Of a stretch of DNA of 64,000 nucleotides, positions 32,836-45,326 are shown one piece after another. Position 1 is the first letter of the stretch; the number at the start of each line of letters is the position of its first letter. The DNA is from Prorocentrum cordatum. Its lineage: Eukaryota. Made by a program: the position numbers and the translations under genes. Location: positions 1-64,000 of the forward strand of contig CAUYUJ010000099.1 of the NCBI GenBank assembly GCA_963575745.1, in the 5' to 3' direction. The notes under the pieces were generated by a model that saw only the letters and a program-made list of their open reading frames with translations, made no database searches and had not been told where the DNA came from.

Positions 32836-33554
32836 GTTATTTTTTCCTTCGTGTTTGATGGAGTTTCGCGTTGCTGCCTTCTCGGCTTCCCGACGCTCCG
32901 TGGCGGTCCCCAAATATCGCCCCAACACAACTTCACAGAGGGCCCCCAAGAGGGCGCTGAGACGACCAAAGAGGCCCCCCCAAGAGGCATCCAAGGCAGC
33001 CCAAAAGGGCCCCAATAACGCCTCCAGAGAGACCCCAGAGGGGGAAACGCGAAACTACATTTCGAGCTCTCCGCCCCTCGAGGCCCCCAAGGGGCCCCAC
33101 GCGGTTCCCAAAGGGCCCCTCCGAAGCCCCCAGAAGTCCCCAAGAAACACCAAGGAAACCTTGTGGGAAAAAACACAGTGGGGAAAAACACACACTGTGG
33201 CAACAAACACACACACACACAGTGTGTTTTTCCCACCGTGTGTTGAAAACACACACACACAGTGTGTGTGTGTATGTGTGTGTGTGTTCCCACAGTGTGT
33301 GTTTTGTGTTTTTTCCCCACAGTGTGTCTTTCCCACAGACTGTGTTTGTTTGCCCCCAAGAGGCCCCCGAGAGCTTCCCCCCAGACGCCCTGAGGCACTC
33401 CTGACGGTCCTCGACGCCGCCCCATCACCGAGCGCCAGTTGCATCCCATGTCCCGCTTGCCGGGGGGGCAGCATGGGGGCCTCTTGGGGCTTCCGGGGCA
33501 GCTCTCGGGGGCTTTTATTCAGTGGGAAAACACACACCACACACACACACACAA

Positions 33555-36500
33555 AATTAGCCTGGCGAAGAACCCAACCATATGCAGTTGTCAGTACCGC
33601 AGCTGCGGGTTTCATCTTCAGTGGAACTCCCCAAAGGACTACGGAACGTGTGAGGGGTGTGCCGAGATGGGTGCCACTGGGGCATTCGGCGAATAAGCTC
33701 CCTATGTGGACATGAAACACGCGCGGGGCGTGCCGACATGGGTGGCGGAAACGCATGTGAGGGCTGCCACTCGGGCCTCCAGTGGAGCTCCCTATGGGTC
33801 CCCGAAACATGATGCTGCTGCGGGGGGGGGGCGGGATGGGTGGCGGAGACGCATGTAAGCGCCGCTACTGGGGCCTTCGGTGGAGCTCCCTATGGGGCCA
33901 CGAAACGAATGACGGGTGTACTGGGATTTGTGGCGGGGACGCATATGAGCGCCGCCACTGGGGCCTTCGGTGCAGCTCCCTATGGGGCCACGAAACGTGT
34001 AAGGGGTGTGCCGAATTGTATGCGGGTGGTGACGCATGCGGGCGGTGCCACTGGGGCCTTCGGTGGAGCTCCCTATGGGGCCACGAAACCTGTTGTTGTG
34101 AGGGGCGTGCCGGGATGGGTGGCGGGGACGCATGTGAGCGCGGCCGCTGGGGCCTTCGGTGGAGCTCCCTATGGGGCCACGAAGCGTGTGAGGGGTGTGC
34201 CGAATTGGGTGGGTGTGGGTGACGTATGTGGCCGCCGCCACTGGGGCCTCCGGTGAATGATGGGGCCACGAAACCTGTCAGGGATGTGCCGAAATGGGTG
34301 TGCGACACGCATGCGCATGTGAGCGCCGCCACTGGGGCCTTCGGTGGAGCTCCTTATGGGGCCACGAAACGTGTGAGGGGTGTGCCGAATTGGGTGTGCG
34401 TGACGCATGCGGGCGGCAGCACTGGGGCCTTCGGTGGAGCTTCCTATGGGGCCACGAAACGTGTGAGGGGTGTGCCGAATTGGGTGTGCGGGACGCATGC
34501 GGGCGGCACCACTGGGGCCTTCGGTGGGGTTCCCGATGGGGCCACGAAGCGTGTGAGGGGTGTGCCGAATTGGGTGTGGGTGACGCATGCGGGCAGCAGC
34601 ACTGGGGCCTTCGGTGGGGCTCCCTATGGGGCCACGAAACGTGTGAGGGGTGTGCCGAAATGGGTGTGCGGGACGCATGCGGGTGGCAGCATTGGGGCCT
34701 TCGGTGGGGCTCCTTATGGGGCCACGAAACGTGTGAGGGGTGTGCCGAATTGGGTGTGCGGGACGCATGCGGGCGGCAGCACTGGGGCCTTCGGTGGGGC
34801 TCCCTATGGGGCCACGAAACGTGTGAGGGGTGTGCCGAATTGGGTGTGCGGGACGCATGCGGGCGGCAGCATGGGGCCTTCGGTGGGGCTCCCTATGGGG
34901 CCACGAAACGTGTGAGGGGTGTGCCGAATTGGGTGTGCGTGACGCATGCGGGCGGCAGCACTGGGGCCTTCGTGGGGCTCCTTATGGGGCCACGAAACGT
35001 GTGAGGGGTGTGCCGAATTGGGTGTGGGTGACGCACGCTGGCAGCAGCACTGGGGCCTTCGGTGGAGCTCCCTATGGGGCCACGAAACGTGTGAGGGGTG
35101 TGCCGAAATGGGTGTGCGGGACGCATGCGGGTGGCAGCACTGGGGCCTTCGGTGGGGTTCTTTATGGGGCCACGAAACGTGTGAGGGGTGTGCCGAATTG
35201 GGCGTGCGGGACGCATGCGGGCGGCAGCACTGGGGCCTTCGGTGGGGCTCCCTATGGGGCCACGAAACGTGTGAGGGGTGTGCCGAATTGGGTGTGCGTG
35301 ACGCATGCGGGCGGCAGCACTGGGGCCTTCGGAGGCTCCCTATGGGGCCACGAAACGTGTGAGGGGTGTGCCGAATTGGGTGTGCGGGACGCATGCGGGC
35401 GGCAGCACTGGGGCCTTCGGTGGAGCTCCCTATGGGGCCACGAAACGTGTGAGGGGTGTGCCGAATGGGTGTGCGGGACGCATGCGGGCGGCAGCACTGG
35501 GGCCTTCGGTGGAGCTCCCTATGGGGCCACGAAACGTGTGAGGGGTGTGCCGAAATGGGTGTGCGGGACGCATGCGGGCGGCAGCATTGGGGCCTTCGGT
35601 GGGCTCCCTATGGGGCCACGAAACGTGTGAGGGGTGTGCCGAATGGGTGTGCGGTGACGCATGCGGGCGGCAGCATTGGGGCCTTCGGTGGGGCTCCCTA
35701 TGAGGCCACGAAACGTGTGAGGGGTGTGCCGAATTGGGTGTGGGTGACGCATGCGGGCGGCAGCACTGGGGCCTTCGGTGGGGCTCCCTATGGGGCCACG
35801 AAACGTGTGAGGGGTGTGCCGAATTGGGTGTGGGTGACGCATGCGGGCGGCAGCACTGGGGCCTTCGGTGGGGCTCCCTATGGGGCCACGAAACGTGTGA
35901 GGGGTGTGCCGAATTGGGTGTGCGTGACGGATGCGGGCGGCAGCACTGGTGGCCTCGGATGGGGCCATGGGGCCAAAACGTGTGAGGGGTGTGCCGAATT
36001 GTGTGGGGACGCATGCGGGCGGCAGCATTGGGGCCTTCGGTGGGGCTCCCGATGGGGCCACGAAACGTGTGAGGGGTGTGCCGAATTGGGTGTGGGTGAC
36101 GCATGCGGGCGGCAGCATTGGGGCCTTCGGTGGGGCTCCCTATGAGGCCACGAAACGTGTGAGAGGTGTGCCGAATTGAGTGTGGGTGACGCATGCGGGC
36201 GGCAGCACTGGGGCTTTCGGTGGGGCTCCTTATGGGGCCACGAAACGTGTGAGGGGTGTGCCGAATTGGGTGTGAGTGACGCATGCGGGCGGCAGCACTG
36301 GGGCCTTCGGTGGGGCTCCCTATGGGGCCACGAAACGTGTGAGGGGTGTGCCGAATTGGGTGTGCGTGACGGATGCGGGCGGCAGCACTGGGGCCTTTGG
36401 CGGAGCTCCCTATGGAGCTACGAAGCGTTGTACTGGGTGGGTGAAACGCAGGGAAGAGGGGGAGGAGGGATGAGGAGGGGGAGGCGGAGGAGAGGAGAGG

Positions 36501-36567
36501 AGAGGAGAACGCGGGGCACCGTCTCTTCAATACGAGGACCCAACACCACAGGATGGTCGGGGAAAAA
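33555..36567 (+). mobile_element. Satellite-bearing element (about 30 units of ~90 bp)
   Basis: Starts AATTAGCCTGGCGAAGAACCCAACC and ends CACCACAGGATGGTCGGGGAAAAA. The period is 90 bp (GCCACGAAAC at 34361 and 34451). Inserted in a CA/TGTGGGAAAA repeat. Confidence 0.75.
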
Positions 36568-36591
36568 CACTGTGGGAAAAACACGCACACA

Positions 36592-36642
<51 letters not shown>

Positions 36643-36675
36643 TGGGAAAAAACAACACACGGTGGGAAAAACACG

Positions 36676-36709
<34 letters not shown>

Positions 36710-36994
36710 CTGTGGGAGAACACACACACACACAAAAGGGAAACCACACACACACACAACAAAAACACACACTGTGGGAAACACACACACACAAGCACAC
36801 AGTGTTTTTGGTCCCACCCCAGGAGGCCCGAATACGTCCAAAACCGTGGTAAACAAAACGCTGATATCCGTAAGCGTTTCGCCCCCATGCCGCCAGCCCC
36901 CCTCTCTCAGAATGAGATTGGCCAGAGCTGTGTTGGGATGTCTGGACGCTGGCGCGAAGCAATGTCGGGATGTCACACATTGCGGAAGATCCCG

Positions 36995-37480
36995 CAACTA
37001 CGAACATTACGTAATTTACGATGGTTTATGGCTTCGATGGCGCGAATATCGCGTAATCTACGAGGGCGTATGGCCTCGAGGACGCAACTATTCCTACTTT
37101 ACGATGTTCTATGGCTTCGGGGACGCGAATGTTGTATAATGTATTGAGGCTTATGGCCTCGAGGGCGCGAATATTGCATAACGTACTATGGTTTATGGCC
37201 TCGGGGACGCGAATATCGTGTAGCATACGAAAGTTCACAGCGTCGACGACGCAAACATCGCATACTTTACGAGGGCTTATGGCCCCGGGGACGCAAACAT
37301 CGTGTAATGTACGAGGGTGTGTGGCTTGGTTTATGGCCTCGGGGAATCAATCATTGTGTAGTCTACAAGGTTGTATTGCTTCGGAGACGCGAGTATTGCG
37401 TAATTGTCGCGGGTTTGTCGGCTCGGGGACAATATTGTGTTGGTTACGAGGGATTCTGGTTTTGGTGGCGCGAATATTAT
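36995..37480. repeat. Degenerate ~45-bp tandem repeat (TTATGGCYTCGGGGACGCGAAT), resuming at ~38660-38795
   Basis: The motif recurs on both sides of the inserted element at 37487-38655. Confidence 0.7.
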
Positions 37481-37486
37481 ATACTT

Positions 37487-38655
37487 TACCTATACGACCA
37501 CCCTGCGGGTGATAAGGAGGTTGCGGGGGGGTGGGGGGAGGGGGGTGGCTCATGACGACAATTGTGATGAACGTGGTGCTGATGGGCGATGATGGCGTGG
37601 ATGACGTGGCGGATTTTTTTTGTTCCTTCGCTTGGGCGACTTGTGTCGTTCGGTTTGCCGCTGCGCGACGCGGCACTCAGCCCACGACGTCCCAGTCGAC
37701 GATGGGTGCACGAGGCGGATGAAGATGAAGACGGTCATGATGATGATGGTGATGGTGGTGATGATGAGGAGATGCTGATAAATGCAAATTCCCACAAGCA
37801 GGGGAACTGGAAGGACGGCGTGGCCAATCAATGACGGCATTCATTTGTCCTCTGACGACTAAGTGGTCCGAGAACGGCCCCCCCCGGCCCATGATACCAA
37901 ATGAAAGTGGCCGCCATCCTCTGAGGGGGGAGGAGAGGAGGAGGGAGGCGATGAGTGGCAATCGAGCCTTCGTCCTAGCAAAAAGGCGACGAGCTGACCG
38001 ACTTGCGTCGCATGGCCTGGGCCCTTGCGCCGAACTAAAGATCTAAGTAATTAGGTTAGAATTAAAAAAGGAAGAGTACGAGGAGGAGAAGCAAGAGAAG
38101 GTGTCCCATGATGAGCAACCATGATGGTGTCCCATGATGAGCAACCATGATGAGCAACCATGATGAGCAACGGCGGGACAATGATGAACAACCATGATGA
38201 GCAACAATGATGGGCAACCATGATAGGCAACCAGCGGGACAATGATGAGCAACCATGATGAGCAACCGGCGGGACAATGATGAGCAACCATGATGAGCAA
38301 CCATGATGAGCAACCGGCGGGACAATGATGGGCAACCATGATGAGCAACCGGCGGGACAATGATGAGCAACCATGATGAGCAACCGGCGGGACAATGATG
38401 AGCAACCATGATGAGCAACCATGATAAGCAACCATGATGAGTAACCGGCGGGCAACCGACGGGACAACGTGGGCTACCGCTTGACAAGGCCTGGGGGGAA
38501 ACATTTGTGTTGGCGGACCCCTAGCGACAGCAGGGTGAATTCCTCTCGCTGGCCCACGCAGCTTCGCCTCGCACGCACGGCACGAGCACGAACTCGAAAC
38601 TCGATTTCCCTGTGGGGGAACTCCGTTACACTGCGATCTCACCCCCAACTTCCGA
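37487..38655 (-). mobile_element. Same family, copy 4 (inverted), with an ATGATGAGCAACC array
   Basis: Reverse complement of the 5' block at 38555-38655 and of the terminal hairpin motif at 37487-37520. Confidence 0.5.
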
Positions 38656-40239
38656 TGAGGGCATATGGCTTCGGGAGGTACTAGCGCATAATTTACGATA
38701 GCTTATGGCTTCGGCGGCGCGAATATCGTGCCTTCGGGGACGCGAATGCCACGTAATCTACGAGGGTTTATGGCCTCGGGGACGTGACGCGAACATGGCG
38801 CAATGTGTCCCACAGCCCCCCAGAAGTTCTGGGCACACGATTCGGGGGTGCTAGCCGGGACGCTTTTCGGTTCCCCCCCTCGCGCGTTCAGCAACAGTCA
38901 ACAGTAAGGATGCAGAAAGCAGGGTTGCAACAGTGGAAACTGAAAATTGCAACTGCCATAGGGAGCTGCAATCCTCATCCTCGCAGCCTGGGGGCCCCGC
39001 AAGGGGGCCGGCGAATTTGGCCTTCTCTCCGAGGCCTCTTGGACCGTCTTGGATGCCTCTGGGGGGCCTCGCGGGGTCTCTTGGGGGTCTTCTGGGAGCC
39101 TTTTAGGGGCATCGTGGGGGCCTCTTGGGCACCTCTTGGGACCTTTTTGTTCGGGGGCCATCTAGAAGCAGATCGATCAAAGGAGGGGCCGTAGTACATG
39201 AGGGTACCACCCCAGGAGGCCCAAATGTTGCCAGAACCGATTGAACTCACTGCATCCAAAAGCCCTGTTAAGTACGAGCCTACCCTTAATCATGACAGTA
39301 CTGTAGGTCCCCCAAAGCATCGCAACCGCTTCGGCCCGACCGCAACCGGCTGCCCGAAGTGGTTGCGACCCGCCCCTGTCGCGGAAGGGAGGAGGTGGTA
39401 CGGGACAAGTGGGAGAGAGAAGGATGGAACATGGCAGAGATTAGCAGGAGGGAGTTAGGATTCAGTCGGGCTTGTCCCTCTACAGGGGGAATGTCCAAAA
39501 ATAGTCAACAAATAGTCTGGGGACTATTTTTTGAGTATCTTTGCGCATCTTTGGGGCATGTTTGGGGATTGTTTTCATTTCTCGCCCAAAATCCCTCTGT
39601 AGGGGGACAGGCCCGACTTAAAGTTGGGAGCAGAAGTGCAGGTGGCAGAGCCGGACGGGCGGGGCGGGGCGGGCGGGCGGGCCCGGACGGCGGGGTCGAG
39701 CGGGCGGGTAGCTGGAGCGCCAGCCGCGCACGGGTCGCGAGGCACTACGGTAGAGGGAAATAAATAGTGAACACCCCCCCCTTGCCCCCCAAACTCAAAG
39801 TTGGCACGCGCGGGGGAGACTGCGGTCGAGGTGCAACTCATCAGATCCACCGCCAACTTTGAACATTGGGGGGAGGGGGAGGCGTTCACAGATGAATGTG
39901 GCATGAGTGTTCGCTATGTTGTTCCGAGGCCTGCAGTTCTCCAGCGATAGCGCGATTCCCAAGTAACCGCGACTTGCAAGTATCGACCCCCCCCATTTCG
40001 GCGAAGCTATACGCTTTCCACCCCTGGAAGTGATGTCCCGCCTCCAGAGCCTTCAGTGCGGGATCTCACCAAGCTCATAGTAGGATCTCAATATGAACCC
40101 AATCGGATTCCAACTGGATTCTTCCAGGATTCCGGAAGTTTCCCGAGGGTTCCTGAGATTCTTCGGGATTACAGAAAGTTCCTGAGGATTCCTGAAAAGT
40201 TCACCCTATAATTATCTCTGAAGGACGGCTGCGGCCCAA

Positions 40240-41130
40240 TCGCCGTCCCTGAGTGCACAGGTTTCAGCATTTTCTTTGATGTGCGCATGGGTCTGGACCA
40301 AATCCGTGGCCCCAATCCCTACCCCTGAGTGCACAGGCCTCAGCTTATAGTCTGATGTACGCACGGGTCTGGGCCTGGATCTGGATCCAGATCCGAATCT
40401 GTTATCCCAATCCCCGCCCCTGAGTGCACATGTCTCAGCTTTATTCTGATGCACGCACGGGTTTGCACCTGGCTCCCGATCCAGAATCGGATCCGGATTG
40501 GGATTTGCAAATCCGTGATCCCAGTCCGCGCCTGAGTGTACAGGTCTCAACTCATTGTGCGCACGGATCCGGACCGGGATGCGGAGCCAGATCCAGATTG
40601 GGATAGTCTAAAACGTGATCCTAATCCCAGCCCCTGAGTGCACAGGTCTAAGGTTATTCTTGTGATGTTCGCACGTCTACGGACCCGGCTCCAGATCCAT
40701 ATCCAAATTGGGATAATCCGAGCTCGAGATCCCAACCCCGCCCCTGGGCACGTAGGCCTGAGCTTCTTCCTCGGATGTGCGCACGGATCTGGACTTGGAT
40801 CCGGATCGGGATTGGGATGATCTGAATTTGTGGTCCCCACCCCCGCCCCTGAGCGTTCAGGTCTACGTTTGTTCCTCTGGTGTACGCACGGGTCTGGACC
40901 TCTGTCCAGATCTGGATGGGGATAATCCGAATCCGTGATCCCAGTCCCCGCCCCTCAGTGTACCAGTCTCAGCTTCTCCGTCTGATGTGCGCACGGACCA
41001 GGACCTGGATCTGGATCTGGATTTGGATCCGGATCGGGATAATCCGAATCCGTGATGCTCATATCCACCCCGTGAGCAAACAGGTTTGGTTGGTTGGTCG
41101 TTCTTCTGATGCACGCACGGGTCCGAACCT
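40240..41130. repeat. Degenerate ~100-115-bp tandem repeat (CCCCTGAGTGCACAGG...GGATCTGGATCC)
   Basis: CCTGAGTG-like anchors at ~40248, 40325, 40419, 40531, 40633, 40743, 40848 and 40952. Confidence 0.75.
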
Positions 41131-41544
41131 GGCCCCGTTGTCGTGAAAGGCACCATCCTCTGGAAGCGCACCATTCTTTGCATTGGGATCTGGGGATCGA
41201 GCCGGATTCACGACAGATCCGAAGATGACAGATGCTGACCACCAGGGCCCCAAGAGATACGCTCTGTGATGAGATTTAATACTCGGCCACCGTTAGAACC
41301 CTCGGGTTGCATCCGTCCTCCCGCCCCTCGCTGGATTCTCTCTGGTGCATTCTGCCGGCTGGTGCATCCTCTCTCCTTTATTCTTATGTTGATCTCCGAA
41401 CAGGTAAGAGGGAAGAGGAGGGAGGAAGGAGCAGGAGGAGGATGAAAAGAAAAGTAGAACAGTATCGAATGGCTTTCGGCCCATCCCGCCACCGTGCTTG
41501 GGTTGTGTGCATGGAGCTTATTGGTTGTTCGTCGGGATCTCGTA

Positions 41545-41935
41545 GGAGGCCTCTCGGGGGCCTCCTTGGTACGGGTATGAAGCCTCTTGGGGGCCGTTTG
41601 GGGACCTCTTGGGGCCTCATTTGGGTCTCTTGGGGGCCTTTTGGCGCCTCTTGGGGGCCTCCTGGCAGCCTCTTGGGGCCTCTTAGGCGCCTCTTGGGGC
41701 CTCTTGGGGCGGAAGGCTCGGATTTTCAGTTTGTGTTCCCTCTCTTGGGCCCCTTTTGGGGCCGTCTTGGTGCCAATATGAGCCGTCTTGGGCGCCTCTC
41801 GGGCCGACTTGGGGCGCTCTTAGGCCGTCTTGGGGCCCTCTTGGAGGCTTCCTGGGCCCTCGTGGAATGGTCTTGGAGGCCTCTTGAGCCGCCATTTGAG
41901 CGGCGGAAAGCAGAAAAGGCGAGAACGCCCAAATC
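41545..41935. repeat. GCCTCTTGGGG/CCCCAAGAGGC-rich dispersed repeat family (also ~11780, 31290, 32840, 39020, 43670, 49630, 63560)
   Basis: The same short motif-based low-complexity element recurs in both orientations. Confidence 0.7.
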
Positions 41936-41952
41936 TTGAAGTTTGGCTCAAT

Positions 41953-42880
41953 TTTGCCACCGCGGCGCGAGACGCTGACTGTTGTATTTTTATGTATTTT
42001 TACGAGCCGAGTTTGGACCTGGTTCGAAATTGTTCTCGTGGAAGGCCCGCACGGGACGCTGATTTTTCTAACGTCAGTTCGAGTTCGAACCTTGCTCGAA
42101 CCTGCTTGTCGAGTAAAGCTCACTTTTCTACTGCTCCGAACTGGCTTCTATGGTTTGTTTCGAAACGACTTCCGCGTGTGGCTCGGCTTCTTTCGGGAGG
42201 AAGCTCCACGCGGCCTGCCGTTTTTCGAACCGCCATCCAGTGTAGCCTCATAACCATCGAGTTTGGGGTCCAGGCCCGAGGTTGTCCGCCCCCCACTGGT
42301 GCAGCTCCACTCGCAGTGGATGTTTTTTTGAGCCGGTCGTGCAGTTCGTCGGCCAGGGCTTGGGCGCGCTCGGCCATTTGTGGAAGCCGCGCCGCACTTC
42401 TTCTTTGCAAAGTTTCGCGCCGTTTTCCCACGATCCCGCCGAAGGTTCCCCAGCGCATCATCAGTCGGCATGGCTGCTCAAGCGCAGTTCGGCCACTTGA
42501 ACCAAGATGGCTACTGAAAGCACGACCTGCCATTGTCAGGAGGACGGTCTGACATTGCCCGCGGGCGTGATCAAAAGGTTGGCCCGACATTTGCCACCGC
42601 GGCGCGACACGCTAAGTTCCCAATTGTTCGAGCCGAGTCAAAGATTGGTTCGAACATACTTTTCAAGGAAGTCCCGCACGGAACGCTCACGTCTATAATG
42701 TCTTCGAACCGAGCTCGAGCCTCGTTCGAGCTTGCTTTTCGAGGAAGTCCGGCACCACCGAGCGCTCACTTTTCTATGGCTTCGAACCGGCTTCTGCTGT
42801 TTCACACCGACTTCCGAGGATGGTTCGGACTTTTCTGCTGGGGGGAGTGCCACGCGGCCCGCCGCTTTCGAGCCGCCATC
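41953..42880. repeat. Two diverged ~290-bp direct repeats (41953-42237, 42590-42880) around a unique spacer
   Basis: Both start TTTGCCACCGCGGCGCGA, share GCTCACTTTTCTA and CCACGCGGCC, and end CCGCCATC. Confidence 0.7.
42496..42517 (-). other. Spliced-leader relic upstream of a GCCATG start
   Basis: The minus strand reads TCAGTAGCCATCTTGGTTCAAG (19/22 to DinoSL). GCAGCC-ATG follows with the ATG at 42471. Confidence 0.65.
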
Positions 42881-45170
42881 ACGTTGAGCCTTGCAGACAT
42901 GTAAGGGGCGGCATGCTCGGGCCGGACGAAAGGGGGGGATAGGGACAGGGGGGGTGCGAAGTTTGCTGCCTGCAGCTGGTGCCGGCCCCACCGAGGGGCC
43001 CATTCCTCGATACATGGCCGCCTCCAGCGCCGGGAGGCGCTGGGATAATCAGCTGCGTGAGCTGATTCTCGAACCCCCCCTTTGCTATCCCCCCCTGTCG
43101 CCCGGCCCATAGGCCCCCCGCGGGGGCGCGAAGATCGTCGCGCTTCGCGGGTCTCGGCTCGCGTCGGGCATGGCCTTCTGCGGGAGGAGTCTTCCAAAAT
43201 AGCTGTTAATAAAATCTATGTCGTCTGGGGACTGCTTTGAAACGATCTCTCGTCCTCACTATAAGGGCTTCTGGATTACGCGAGCTGATTCTCAACCCCC
43301 CCCTTTGCTATCCCCCCCTTTCGCCCAGCCCGGTATACGCCCCAGGTTGCCCGCCCCCCGCCGGCGCGGCTCCACTCCCGTCACATTGGGCGCCGCGTAA
43401 TGGGGGGGTCATGAATTGGGGGGTGGCGAGCGTGGCCCGAAAAGGTACCCAAACGGTACCCAAACGAGCCCCCTGGGGCTCTGGAGGGGCCCGAAAGGGG
43501 CACGAAAGGGGACCTGTTCTGACCGCCCCCATTTGTGACCCCCCCAATTAAGCCACGCCCAGTCGCATGGCGCCAGGCTCCGCGCGCCGAGCGGGGCACC
43601 TCCGACCCACGCTGCGCCAGCGCGCCAAACCTTCGGCGACCTCTCGTCGCGGCGCGGTGCTGCTGCCTCCTGGGGCCCTCTTGGGAGGCCTCTTGGAGGC
43701 CAGTCGGGGCGTCTTGGAGGCCTCCTTGGGTAGTCTTGAGGCCGTCTTGTGGGCGTCTTGGGCCGACCTTTCGGCGATTCGGGGCCCTCTCGGGCCGCCG
43801 CTGGGGCCTCTCAGGGCCCGCCTGGCTCGTCTTGGGCCCTTCTTGGCCCCGAAAAAGTCACGCGATAGGACGCGAGATTCCCCGAGAGATTTTAGAGGAG
43901 GATGCACAGGAAGAGGAATAGGGTGATCATCAACAGCAGTCGGAGGCGTTGACTCGTGCATGTCTTCATACATTGGTGTTTGGGGGGTTGACAGGTTCCT
44001 TGTCGCCCCCACCGGGACATAGTGAATCCCGTTCGCGTCGGACGTGACGTGGGTGCGGAGTTCTGGGCGAGTTGCCTAGGCCGTTAGGTGAACGGGGGGT
44101 AAGAAGTAGTCCTATTAACTGTTTCTGCGGGGGGGGACTGGTTCTGTGGTGTCGTGGTGTCGTCGCGGTGTCGTGGTGTTGTGATTTCGCGGTGTCTGAG
44201 AGTACGCTGTTGATTGGCTTCTGCTGGGCGGGGTTACGAGCGGGAGGCCAGAGGCTTGGGACGTCCATGGGGCGTGTTTGACAGGTGGGCTCCTCCTCCT
44301 CCCCCTCCTCCTCCTCGTCCTCCTCCTCCTCCTCCTCCTCCTCCTCCTCCTCCTCCTCCTCCTCCTCCGCCCTCCTCCTCCTCCTCCTCCTCCTCTTCCT
44401 CCTCCTCCTCCCGTTTGAGGACATGCGAAACTAGTGCGCACCCCATCCCTTGACCCCAGCTTTCTTCGAGGGCTGCGCAGGAAAGTCATGCGATGGCGCA
44501 GACCTGTCCGGGCAGATGAAGCCAGGACCCCAACGGCGGGGCCCGGCGGGAAAGTATTGCAAGCCCAGCGCACAGGTGTGCCCAAGGCTGGGACCTTGGG
44601 TGCGTGACTCCATGGAAAACGACAGCAACCACAGTGCGCCTGCACAAATATAGCCAGGACCCTTGGCGCGGGACCAATGGGCAACCATCGGGACCGCAAC
44701 GCGCATGCGCAGCTGAAGCCGGGACCTTCTGATCGGGACCGTGCGGGCCATTCACCACAGCCCGAGCACGCACGGCAAAGAAGGCCAGGGCCCCAGTGGC
44801 AATTCGCAGCGGGTGTTTGATCATCACGCACTGAGCCCCATTGTTTGGGCAGCACTGTACACTACACGCGTGATCGAATGAGTCATGTTGGATCTTTGTT
44901 CTAGAACTGTCTGGTCATTGCGGAAACGATAGACGCACGGATTAGACGTTCAAGAGTGTTGGGTGTGCTGGTTTGGCCCGCGGAGCACAAGATCCGCACA
45001 GGCCTGGCCAGCCCAGCTCTTCCCTCTCCCGCCTCCTCCTCCTCCTCCTTTTCATCCTCCTCTCCGCCTCCTCCCTCCTCCTCCTCCTCCTCCTCCTCCC
45101 CCTCCTCCTCCTCCTCCTCCTCTTCCTCCTCTTCCTCCTCCTCCTGCCGTTGCTTCTGCCGCTCCTACAG

Positions 45171-45326
45171 GATGCGTCCGCGCAGGCGGGGATCGACTAC
45201 GTGGCGATGGAGGGGACGCTCGTGTTCGAAAGCGGCATGATCCAACAGACCATCCCGTGCATCATCAAGGGCTCGGGCCGCTACGAACGCAAGGAGTTCT
45301 TCCGCGTGATCCTCTCGGACGTGGAG
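45171..45326 (+). CDS. Calx-beta protein exon F: DASAQAGIDYVAMEGTLVFESGMIQQTIPCIIKGSGRYERKEFFRVILSDVE
   Basis: CAG acceptor after a long (CCT)n tract. Continues exon E in frame (YKTE|DASAQAGIDY...GTLVF...YERKEFFRVIL). The likely donor is GA at 45327. Confidence 0.88.

Noticed and set aside
33770..36420. Regular ~90-bp array (and the ~80-bp array at 27720-28700) as a CRISPR array
   Set aside because: Whole units repeat with no unique spacers, no cas genes are present, and the context is a eukaryotic intron. It is a satellite.
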